A stretch of 64,000 bases of DNA, taken from Firmicutes bacterium UBA5493 (lineage in GTDB: Bacteria; Bacillota; Limnochordia; Darwinibacteriales; Darwinibacteriaceae). The notes under the pieces were generated by a model. The model was not told where the DNA came from. It did not search any database and saw only the letters and a list, made by a program, of their open reading frames with translations. Positions 56,550 to 64,000 of the stretch are shown here, piece after piece. Each line of letters begins with the position of its first letter. Positions within the stretch are counted from its first letter, which is position 1. A program made the position numbers and the translations under genes. The stretch is from assembly GCA_002424045.1 (NCBI GenBank), contig DIPH01000015.1, positions 70,550 to 134,549 on the forward strand, read 5' to 3'.

Positions 56550-58499
56550 GTGACCTATTTGAGTTTTAACGCTAAGGAACTTCTGGGACCAAAAGGCCTT
56601 TTGGCCAGAACACTCGCTAGCTATGAGTATCGTCCAGAACAGCTCCAAATGTCCAACCACGTATACCAGGCACTCCAAAACGAGGTCCACGGAGTGATCG
56701 AAGCAGGTACAGGTGTAGGAAAGAGTCTAGCCTATCTCTTACCCCTGATTTATCATACGGTGGAAGAAAAAAAACTGGCCGTCGTGGCCACCCATACCAT
56801 CACCCTCCAAGAGCAGCTCTTTCAGAAGGACATTCCCTTCTTACAGAAGGTCTTACCCTTAGAATTTAAGGCGGAAGTATTTAAAGGTCGGAGCAATTAC
56901 CTTTGCCTACGCCGCTGGAACGAACTGATTCAAGGGCGCGGCAATCACCTGGGCTTAGTGGATAATCTCGAGCTACTCAACCGCTGGGTGAACGAAACCT
57001 CCACAGGTGATTATAGCGAGGCTCCCTTAACCATACCCTGGGAATTATGGTCTGAAATTCGTTGCGAAAAGGAGAGCTGCCCTGAGGAGCTGTGCTCCTA
57101 CTTTACCAAGTGCTTTTACTGGAACTTGCGCCACCGCCTTGGAAAAGCCCACCTGATTATCACCAATCAAGCTATGCTCCTCGCGGATGCCCGGGCAGAA
57201 GGCCGTGTTCTCCCGGCCTGTGAAGGGGTTGTTATTGATGAAGCCCACAACTTAGAGGAGGTGGCAACGAGTGCCTATAGCCATGAGCTCAAGCGAGCAG
57301 ATTTTTTGGCGTATTACCGTACCGGAACGCAGTTACAGGCTGTGCTCCGCGATATTGTACCGGAATACATCATTCAAGATCTCCACCTCATCCTAGACGA
57401 ACTCATTAAAGAGGCTGGTCAGTACTTTTCCCAAATGCAACCTTTTATCACGGGCTTCACTGTTCCCTTAACAGATCAAAACCGGCCACACTTCACCCAG
57501 ACGAGTCTACCTAAGCATCTCAAAGACGTCAACGATGTCCTCAAAGAGTGTAACTTCGACGAAGAAAGTGAGATCTCAGGATTAGTAGAACAGTTTGCCG
57601 CCTTTACAGAACGACTGTTAACATCCCTCGATCTCGTCTTACTTGGCAACGATACAAGCTATGCCTACTGGGCAGAAATGCAAAATGGGGAGCCCTGTTT
57701 GGTGGCTGCCCCCATTGAAGTTGGTGCGTTTTTGCAGAAGACCTTATTTAGCCAGACCCCTTCAGTCATTCTTACCTCCGCCACCCTAAGCACCAATCAA
57801 TCGTTCGATTACATTCAAAGCCAGTTAGGCCTTTCGGAGGCAACCGGGTTGATTCTAGGTTCACCTTTTGCCTATGACAAGCAGGCCATCCTATGCGTTC
57901 CCCAGGAAGCCAAACACCCTAACCATCCCCGCTATACTCACTATGTAGCGTACCTAATCTTGCGGACATTAGCCCTCACCCAAGGCGGTGTTTTGGCACT
58001 GTTCACCAGCTACAGCCTTATGGACGAAGTGGCCGATACGATCTATCCCAAACTGGACGAAGTGGGCTACACCCTCTTTAAACAAGGGGATGGGCCTCGC
58101 CTAGGACTCATTCAGGATTTCCAGGATGAGCCCCGTTCTCTTCTTTTCGGAACCAATAGTTTCTGGGAAGGCATTGACCTCCCAGGAGAAGCGCTGCGGG
58201 CGGTCATCATCACTCGCCTGCCCTTTACTTCGCCAGACCGTCCAGTCACCCGTGCCCGTCTTCAAGCTATCGAAGACGCCGGAGGCAATCCGTTCCGAGA
58301 CTACAGTGTCCCTCAGGCCATTTTGCGCCTAAAACAAGGTTTTGGGCGACTAATCCGCACCAAGACAGACGTAGGCGGCGTTGTTATCCTCGATGAGCGC
58401 ATCCTCACCGCTAGGTATGGTGCTGACTTTTTGGCTTCCCTACCCCCGGCCCGCTTCACCCGGGACTTAGATGAGCTCCGCCTCTTGTTTGGAGACTAA
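56550..58499 (+). CDS. dinG: ATP-dependent DNA helicase, DinG/Rad3 (XPD-like) family with Fe-S cluster domain, no exonuclease domain
   Basis: Walker A GTGVGKS, DEAH box (IDEAHNLEE), four-Cys Fe-S insertion (CEKESCPEELCSYFTKC), C-terminal helicase motifs. Confidence 0.8.
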   Translation: MTYLSFNAKELLGPKGLLARTLASYEYRPEQLQMSNHVYQALQNEVHGVIEAGTGVGKSLAYLLPLIYHTVEEKKLAVVATHTITLQEQLFQKDIPFLQKVLPLEFKAEVFKGRSNYLCLRRWNELIQGRGNHLGLVDNLELLNRWVNETSTGDYSEAPLTIPWELWSEIRCEKESCPEELCSYFTKCFYWNLRHRLGKAHLIITNQAMLLADARAEGRVLPACEGVVIDEAHNLEEVATSAYSHELKRADFLAYYRTGTQLQAVLRDIVPEYIIQDLHLILDELIKEAGQYFSQMQPFITGFTVPLTDQNRPHFTQTSLPKHLKDVNDVLKECNFDEESEISGLVEQFAAFTERLLTSLDLVLLGNDTSYAYWAEMQNGEPCLVAAPIEVGAFLQKTLFSQTPSVILTSATLSTNQSFDYIQSQLGLSEATGLILGSPFAYDKQAILCVPQEAKHPNHPRYTHYVAYLILRTLALTQGGVLALFTSYSLMDEVADTIYPKLDEVGYTLFKQGDGPRLGLIQDFQDEPRSLLFGTNSFWEGIDLPGEALRAVIITRLPFTSPDRPVTRARLQAIEDAGGNPFRDYSVPQAILRLKQGFGRLIRTKTDVGGVVILDERILTARYGADFLASLPPARFTRDLDELRLLFGD

Positions 58500-58886
58500 C
58501 TCAACATCGTAGAGAGGTCCGTTTTTTATCACCCGGACCTGCTGCACCTCATCGCCTAAGACGATCTCGGTGGGACGCATTTTACGAGTCACTTGATACA
58601 AGGTCGATCGAATGGTGGACTCGTTCACATCATCCCTTGTCTGTCCGAACTCTTGTACAACAGCCCTGGCCGAAACACCTTCAGGGCTGTCCTTAGCTAA
58701 GGAGTGAAGGACTTCCACGATTTGACTTGTTAAAGATGGTCCCCTTCCCCTCCTATTCCCGGTGTCCTTCAATAAACCGTCCAGTTTGCGCAGGTCCACT
58801 TCCTTGCTGGCCAAACTCATCTGCAGTTCCTGAATTTCTCCCTGTAAGATCTCTCGAGCCTGCCTAAGCTGTTCCCGATAACTCAT
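58467..58886 (-). CDS. Hypothetical protein with N-terminal coiled coil and C-terminal winged-helix-like region
   Basis: 139 aa. Last gene of a minus-strand operon; its 3' end overlaps the dinG 3' end by 33 nt (convergent). Confidence 0.4.
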   Translation of the reverse strand: MSYREQLRQAREILQGEIQELQMSLASKEVDLRKLDGLLKDTGNRRGRGPSLTSQIVEVLHSLAKDSPEGVSARAVVQEFGQTRDDVNESTIRSTLYQVTRKMRPTEIVLGDEVQQVRVIKNGPLYDVELVSKQEAELI

Positions 58887-58910
58887 CTGTATCCCCCTTT
58901 GGTAACCGTC

Positions 58911-59936
58911 CTACTCCTTAGTATGATCAGCTTCCTCGGGTAATATTACTTTGCTTGCCCATTTCATTGCCATAGAGGCAAAAATAGTGCCCCCTAATAA
59001 GATGGGGATATAAAAGACAACAGCCCGCCACAGGACAATAAAGGTGCCGAGCAGATCGGGGGTTAAGACACTGTCCAGAACCACCCAGGCAATTCCCTCA
59101 GAAACACCTGCTCCCCCAGGAATTGGCGAAAATATGGGGGCCACACCAAAGAGAACAGCGATGGCATAACGAAGCCAGGGGCTATAGACGCCAAAACCTG
59201 TCAGCAACATAAAACTGCCCGCATAGTAGACCACATAGTATGAAAAGGCCACTGCATAACAAGCTAGAAAATGACCTCTCCTTTGACCTAGAATGAAGTG
59301 AATGGTCGAGCGAAACTCCTCAAACCACACCACTGGGCGAGATTCTCCCTTTTTTCGAACGATCCACTGGAAAAACCGCTTGCTTCGCACGATCAAGACC
59401 AACAAAGTAATCAAGACGGCAATATACAAAACGGCACCGATGCGCACCGCGTCAAAATACCTAGCCAAATCTGGGGGAATGTTGATTAGGTTGGAAAAGA
59501 CGACGAGGCCAAGGCTGGCCAGACTGAGTTGGCCCGCCAATCCTCCAGCTAGCACAATAGCAGTTGCGGTAGAACCTTTAAGGCCGCGCCTATAGAGAAA
59601 ATAGATGATCAGAGCTCCGCCTCCCCCTGCAAAAGGGGTAACTAGCGTCAAGAAATTTGCCGCTCCCAGCGTGATGGCCAGTTGCCACCAGGGAACAGAA
59701 TGTCCCACTGCCCTAGCGAGCATTCCAATGCGCTGCCCATCCACAAGCCAAGCGGCTAACACAAAGAAAAGGGCCCCAAAAAAATAGATGAGAGGATATT
59801 CCCCGAGACCCTCTAGTACACTGGCGGGGTTTGCCATCCTCCATACTACGACCACTAAAGCTAACATACTTACCATAAATGTTAGGGCGATTCCCTTCCA
59901 GGGAATACGCCACGAAAACTTCTCCGGTTTGTCCAT
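58911..59936 (-). CDS. UPF0104 / lysylphosphatidylglycerol-synthase-TM-like (flippase-like) membrane protein
   Basis: 341 aa, about 8 TM helices, flippase-like domain features including PIPGGAGVSE. Confidence 0.65.
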   Translation of the reverse strand: MDKPEKFSWRIPWKGIALTFMVSMLALVVVVWRMANPASVLEGLGEYPLIYFFGALFFVLAAWLVDGQRIGMLARAVGHSVPWWQLAITLGAANFLTLVTPFAGGGGALIIYFLYRRGLKGSTATAIVLAGGLAGQLSLASLGLVVFSNLINIPPDLARYFDAVRIGAVLYIAVLITLLVLIVRSKRFFQWIVRKKGESRPVVWFEEFRSTIHFILGQRRGHFLACYAVAFSYYVVYYAGSFMLLTGFGVYSPWLRYAIAVLFGVAPIFSPIPGGAGVSEGIAWVVLDSVLTPDLLGTFIVLWRAVVFYIPILLGGTIFASMAMKWASKVILPEEADHTKE

Positions 59937-59940
59937 GTTC

Positions 59941-61410
59941 CTAATACCTCAGCTGTTCAGAATGAGTAATCAATTGTGCCTCTGAATAGTATTTGCCTAA
60001 GATGCCCAAATAATCGCATCCCGCTTCGGCCATACCCTTAGCTCCCCACTGACTCATTCCTAAATTATGACCATTTCCGCCGCCATAGATGGTGACCGAT
60101 TCAAGTCGCCCCCCTGCGTCCCTTGTTTGTTCAACAAAGAAAAGCGCACTCGGCAACAAGGTTTGGGGACCCAGGTTGTCGTTTATTCTCGTTAAACCAG
60201 GAGGTCTCAAAGCACGCCTGATGTTCAGTTCGCCTTCGATGCATTCTTCCCCTCCTGTACCAGCTACAATAAGACTGGTAACCCTGCCCCGCTCATCCCT
60301 TGTCTCCACCTGTAAACCGGAAATCTCACCGAGCTCGAAAAGACTCGCCAACTCTATCTTGGTAAATGTACACCTCCAGCGGAACCAGGGCGAATTACCC
60401 TCAAGATCCAGGCCTGAAGTGTCTTTCCAGGTGCCTAGATCTGTGAGGATGGTTCCAGGGGATGTGGAGTAGAAATACGTAGAATTAATGGTACCATCAG
60501 ATTGAGCTAAAATCTGACCAGCCGTCTCATTAATGGCCCGTGTCGTGCTCGCTGCTTCGGGCTGGTTATTGTATACCTGAGAACTTGTGCTATCAGCCAC
60601 ATGAAAGCCTAAATGGCCCTGGCGAGAGTATATTGCCTGAGCAACGGCATAGGTTCTTGCAGCCACTGCCTGGGCCTTAAGCGCTTCTAAAGGCCAGTTG
60701 ATAGGCATCTCGCTTGGAACCACCTGATAAAGATACTCCTCTAGACTCACCTCGTTAATCACTAGAAAGCGATTATCATCGGCAACGGTGAGCTCAAAAC
60801 GACCCCTATAGCGAGGAAAAAATCTCGAACCAGTACCACGTTTAAAGGAGTTGATCTGAATGAGCCCTTCTGGGTCAGACCAGATGTGTAAGCGTTGATC
60901 AAATTCCCAGATGCTTCCTCGCCCATCGTAAACATGTAGCTTGCCGTTTTTCACAAAGACTACTGCTTCGTCACCCACATCTACTTGAAACCCACGTCCT
61001 GTGCCCTTTTCTTCCACATAGAGCCTGGAGGTGGGACTAAGAATTAGCTCTTTATGTTCAATCGTTCCGAATTGATCCGTACTAATGGCTACGCGCATGG
61101 TGCGAATATAAAGGGGATCGTAGACGTCAAAACGTACAACCTCTCCCTGTAAAATACTGGCTACCACCTGTTCAAAACCTACCTTTACAGCTTCAAAGGG
61201 CATGCTATGAACCTGGTCCTCCCAGTGCTGGAAGACTTCTACACCCTCACTGATGGGCAGGAAGCCATGGTGTTCAAACTCCACCCACGTTTGGGAAATG
61301 CGCAAAATCTTGTCGGCAGGCAGTTCCAAAAGAGCCTCATAGCTACTGGCCGGGTTAGCCTTGACGACAAGCACAAACAACACAGAAAAGAAAACCGCAA
61401 GTCGCCTCAT
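59941..61410 (-). CDS. SpoIID/LytB-domain protein (peptidoglycan lytic transglycosylase-like), secreted
   Basis: 489 aa with signal peptide. C-terminal SpoIID/LytB motif GGGNGHNLGMSQWGAKGMA. Confidence 0.8.
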   Translation of the reverse strand: MRRLAVFFSVLFVLVVKANPASSYEALLELPADKILRISQTWVEFEHHGFLPISEGVEVFQHWEDQVHSMPFEAVKVGFEQVVASILQGEVVRFDVYDPLYIRTMRVAISTDQFGTIEHKELILSPTSRLYVEEKGTGRGFQVDVGDEAVVFVKNGKLHVYDGRGSIWEFDQRLHIWSDPEGLIQINSFKRGTGSRFFPRYRGRFELTVADDNRFLVINEVSLEEYLYQVVPSEMPINWPLEALKAQAVAARTYAVAQAIYSRQGHLGFHVADSTSSQVYNNQPEAASTTRAINETAGQILAQSDGTINSTYFYSTSPGTILTDLGTWKDTSGLDLEGNSPWFRWRCTFTKIELASLFELGEISGLQVETRDERGRVTSLIVAGTGGEECIEGELNIRRALRPPGLTRINDNLGPQTLLPSALFFVEQTRDAGGRLESVTIYGGGNGHNLGMSQWGAKGMAEAGCDYLGILGKYYSEAQLITHSEQLRY

Positions 61411-62609
61411 AGCACACTAGACTCCTTAAGCCTGGCATGCTCCTCCTGCACGGCTTTAAACAGCAGCGGATCGGTCAGAATATCGGCGACAGTGTAAGCC
61501 AAAGCCTCGGCAGCTGTGATAGATGCCTGCAGCCCCTCTTGACTCACGCTTGCCTTTGCGAACTCCGGTGTATGGGAGACCAACCCATCACCGATACTCA
61601 AATAGGGGTGAATGGCTGGAACCACCCGAGATACATTGCCCATATCGGAGGATCCTCTCCCCTCGGCAAACTCCTCGATATTTATGACGTTAAGCCTTTG
61701 AAGATTGGCTCCGAAAGCTAGTGCCAGGGAGTGGTTGGGCACCATGTTATCGGTCCCTAACTCAAATTCATTCCACTCCACCTGCGTCCCTGTGATCATA
61801 GCCGCCCCCTGAGCCACGTTTAATACCTTCGCCGTGATGCCACTAAGCACCTCCCTCCTAGGAGCGCGAATATAGAAGCGTGCTACAGCCCGTGCCGGTA
61901 CAACATTGGCTGCTGTTCCGCCTTGGGAAATGATTCCATGAATACGCACGCCATCGGGGAGATGTTCTCTCAAGGCGTTAACTCCGTTGAAGAGGGCGAT
62001 GACCCCGTCTAGGGCATTAATGCCTTCTTCAGGACAATCCGCGGCATGGGCGGCCTTTCCGATAAACTCAAATTCATAAGCATCCAGTGCATTACTGGTA
62101 GCCATTAACAAGTTTTGGGAGGAGGGATGAAACATCATGGCCGCATCCACTTGATCAAAGAGGCCCGCTCTTACCAAGACAACCTTGCCGCTTCCCGTCT
62201 CTTCAGCCGGTGTCCCAAAAACGGTGATGGTTCCCCCTAACTTCCCCACGAAGGGTGCCAACCCCAGAGCGGCACCTACACTCGCCACACCGATCAAATT
62301 ATGACCGCAGGCATGCCCCAGCTCTGGCAAAGCATCATATTCGCAGAGCAAGGCTATATTGGGCCGACCCTGACCGAGCGTTCCACAAAAAGCCGTGTCT
62401 AGCCCGGCTATGCCCAGGGTGACCTCAAATCCCGCCTCTTGCAAAGCGCTCGTCAGGAGGTTAGCGGCCCTAACTTCTTCAAAACCTAATTCTGGATTCT
62501 CTCCAATCGTCAACGCCAACTGTTCCAACGTGGCTCGATTAGCATTGATCTCTGCACTAATCTGTGCCTTCCAATTCACACAATCACCTCTAATGTCTAA
62601 CGCGCCCAT
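61407..62609 (-). CDS. M20-family amidohydrolase (AbgA/AbgB/hippurate-hydrolase-like)
   Basis: 400 aa with M20D metal-binding motifs HACGHN, TPAEE, dimerisation domain. Confidence 0.8.
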   Translation of the reverse strand: MGALDIRGDCVNWKAQISAEINANRATLEQLALTIGENPELGFEEVRAANLLTSALQEAGFEVTLGIAGLDTAFCGTLGQGRPNIALLCEYDALPELGHACGHNLIGVASVGAALGLAPFVGKLGGTITVFGTPAEETGSGKVVLVRAGLFDQVDAAMMFHPSSQNLLMATSNALDAYEFEFIGKAAHAADCPEEGINALDGVIALFNGVNALREHLPDGVRIHGIISQGGTAANVVPARAVARFYIRAPRREVLSGITAKVLNVAQGAAMITGTQVEWNEFELGTDNMVPNHSLALAFGANLQRLNVINIEEFAEGRGSSDMGNVSRVVPAIHPYLSIGDGLVSHTPEFAKASVSQEGLQASITAAEALAYTVADILTDPLLFKAVQEEHARLKESSVL

Positions 62610-62998
62610 CTTCGATGTTCTTTAAACATACACTTGTCTTGTACAAAGACAAGACCTCTCTCAGCTGCAAGAAGCTCCGCCTCGGGGCTAGTAATTCCCT
62701 CCTGTAGCCAAATGGCCTTGATGTCATCACGTGCGAGGACATCTTCAACGACAGGTAGAACCTCAGCAGATGGCCTAAATATCACAACCATATCTACGGT
62801 TCCTTCTACCTCGCTTGCCTTATGGTACACTTTTTCTCCAAGAAGCTCCTCGCCTCCAAAGGGATTGACAGGGTAGATCTTATAACCATGGTGCTGAAGA
62901 TACCGTGGAACACTGTGTGCTGCTTTGACGGGATCTTTGCTGAGCCCAACCACCGCTATATTTTTAAGTTCTAACGCCTTTTCCACTGCAGTTTTCAT
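62597..62998 (-). CDS. CoA-binding domain protein (YccU-like)
   Basis: Start trimmed to MKTAVEKALELKNIAVVGLS (ribosome-binding site AAAGGAG). CoA_binding_2 Rossmann-like. Confidence 0.7.
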   Translation of the reverse strand: MKTAVEKALELKNIAVVGLSKDPVKAAHSVPRYLQHHGYKIYPVNPFGGEELLGEKVYHKASEVEGTVDMVVIFRPSAEVLPVVEDVLARDDIKAIWLQEGITSPEAELLAAERGLVFVQDKCMFKEHRRWAR

Positions 62999-63075
62999 GG
63001 CCTTCTCCTTTCTATGTCCCCCCAAGAATCAAATATGATATAATAGACCCAATGCTATTTAAAGGAGCCCGATCG

Positions 63076-63924
63076 TTGTCTAAAACTTGCCTGATCCTTG
63101 ACTGTTTTTCTTTAGTATACCGTTCTTTTTTCGGATTACCAACAACTATTAAGAGGCAAGATGGGCAAGCCATCAATGCCGTCCTTGGCTTTTACAATAC
63201 CGTTACGGGACTCATGGAACAGTTCCGTCCAGATTACTTATTTGTGGCGTCGGATCATCCGAGCCCCACCTTTCGCCATGGGCTTTACCCTGACTATAAA
63301 GGTCAAAGGCCCCCCATGCCAGAAGAATTGAAGAGTCAAATCCCCCTCATCGAGGATATCGTACACTGTCTAGGAGCTCCCCTCGTGAAGCTCGAAGGAT
63401 ACGAAGCCGATGATGTCATCGGCACCATCTCTAAGCACGCGCCCAGTGATACCCATTGCTTCATCGTCACCACCGATCATGATGCCCTGCAACTCGTTTC
63501 TGATAATGTGACGGTGATCTCGCCTAACAGTAAAGCAAACAAAGTTTTCACGCCCGAGCTCGTGACCCATGAAATGGGAGTGCCTCCCGAACGCGTTCCC
63601 GATCTTAAGGCTCTTATGGGCGATGCCAGCGATAACATCCCCGGGATTCCCCTGGTGGGGCCGAAGACGGCCAAGCGTTGGCTTGGCATCTATGATTCCC
63701 TAGACGGCGTGATCGAAAACGCACACCTTTTGCCGGGAAAGGCAGGAAGGAACCTGATGGAGGGCAAACAAGATGCCCTTCTCTACAGGCACCTGGCAAC
63801 CATTGAGCAGAACGTGCCGACCTTCTGTTGCTGGAGGGCAGGGCGTCTGGCCTTTGATGAAAGGCAAGTCCGCCAGACCCTTGATTTCATAGGAATCAGA
63901 GCTTCCATCCCTCAAGTTTGTTAG
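63076..63924 (+). CDS. 5'-3' exonuclease / flap endonuclease (DNA Pol I N-terminal-domain-like)
   Basis: TTG start 8 nt after AAAGGAG. LILDCFSLVYRSFF N-terminus typical of FEN/ExoIX. EADDVIGT acidic cluster, H3TH region (MGDASDNIPGIP). Confidence 0.8.
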   Translation: MSKTCLILDCFSLVYRSFFGLPTTIKRQDGQAINAVLGFYNTVTGLMEQFRPDYLFVASDHPSPTFRHGLYPDYKGQRPPMPEELKSQIPLIEDIVHCLGAPLVKLEGYEADDVIGTISKHAPSDTHCFIVTTDHDALQLVSDNVTVISPNSKANKVFTPELVTHEMGVPPERVPDLKALMGDASDNIPGIPLVGPKTAKRWLGIYDSLDGVIENAHLLPGKAGRNLMEGKQDALLYRHLATIEQNVPTFCCWRAGRLAFDERQVRQTLDFIGIRASIPQVC

Positions 63925-64000
63925 CGGAGTCTGACTAAGTCTTCAATGGAAGATACAATCACTAATTGCAGTTGTGCTCGCGGCTTTTTAGCTTCCTCTA

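Noticed and set aside
56550-58499. DinG-like helicase as a component of an antiphage defence system
   Set aside because: Neighbours are metabolic genes (HAD-IIA, TIM-barrel isomerase) and there are no nuclease, methylase or CRISPR partners. The Fe-S Rad3-type architecture fits a housekeeping DinG-like helicase.

Overview
This 64 kb window is a gene-dense chromosomal segment (about 50% GC) that looks Firmicutes-like: it carries a SpoIID/LytB-domain protein, AlaX, a B. subtilis-type FMN riboswitch and GGAGG-type ribosome-binding sites. All three substrate-binding proteins have signal-peptidase-I signal peptides without a lipobox cysteine, which suggests a periplasm (diderm envelope). Most genes are on the minus strand. 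No rRNA, tRNA, CRISPR array or obvious mobile element was recognised.

Main blocks, in order along the window:
- 1-4.1 kb: a livKHMGF branched-chain amino-acid ABC importer.
- 4.5-13 kb: a long sugar-acid operon (uronate isomerase UxaC, 6-phosphogluconate dehydrogenase, a KdgK-like PfkB kinase, a putative tagaturonate-epimerase-like protein, a NagB-like deaminase, a LarA-family epimerase homolog and an SDR mannonate/fructuronate oxidoreductase), preceded by a perfect palindromic operator candidate.
- 13-20.6 kb: a second operon (ROK regulator, CyuA/YhaM-like Fe-S ammonia-lyase homolog, CUT1 sugar ABC permeases and binding protein, GntR regulator, URO-D-like protein).
- 20.8-28 kb: manA, a FruK-family kinase fused in operon with a nitroreductase, OsmC, a uridine-kinase-like protein, an HD-GYP protein and IlvE.
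- 28-36 kb: PurC, an aromatic amino-acid gene block (AroE-AroK fusion, AroC, a divergent chorismate mutase/prephenate dehydratase-like protein), PepF, a hendecad-repeat coiled-coil protein encoded by a perfect 33-bp tandem DNA repeat, and tryptophanase/tyrosine phenol-lyase.
- 36-43 kb: an SPFH (band-7) protein plus Arc-like ribbon-helix-helix operon divergent from a heterodimeric ABC exporter pair with an inverted-repeat operator; a YtrA-type GntR plus membrane protein with its own inverted repeat.
- 43-45 kb: a sigma-70 promoter, a clear FMN riboswitch and terminator controlling an orphan family-1 solute-binding protein.
- 45-64 kb: MFS transporter, hemolysin-III, PAP2 phosphatase, AlaX-L, an orphan AgrC-like histidine kinase, a Crp/Fnr-DUF368-hexapeptide operon, a PII/DarA-like protein next to a cation/proton antiporter, HAD-IIA, a TIM-barrel isomerase, a DinG-like helicase, and an operon of CoA-binding protein, M20 amidohydrolase, SpoIID/LytB protein and UPF0104 flippase-like protein, followed by a 5'-3' exonuclease.

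The most interesting candidates are the LarA-containing uronate/gluconate operon, which may be a non-canonical route to the pentose-phosphate pathway, and the FMN-riboswitch-controlled orphan CUT1 binding protein.
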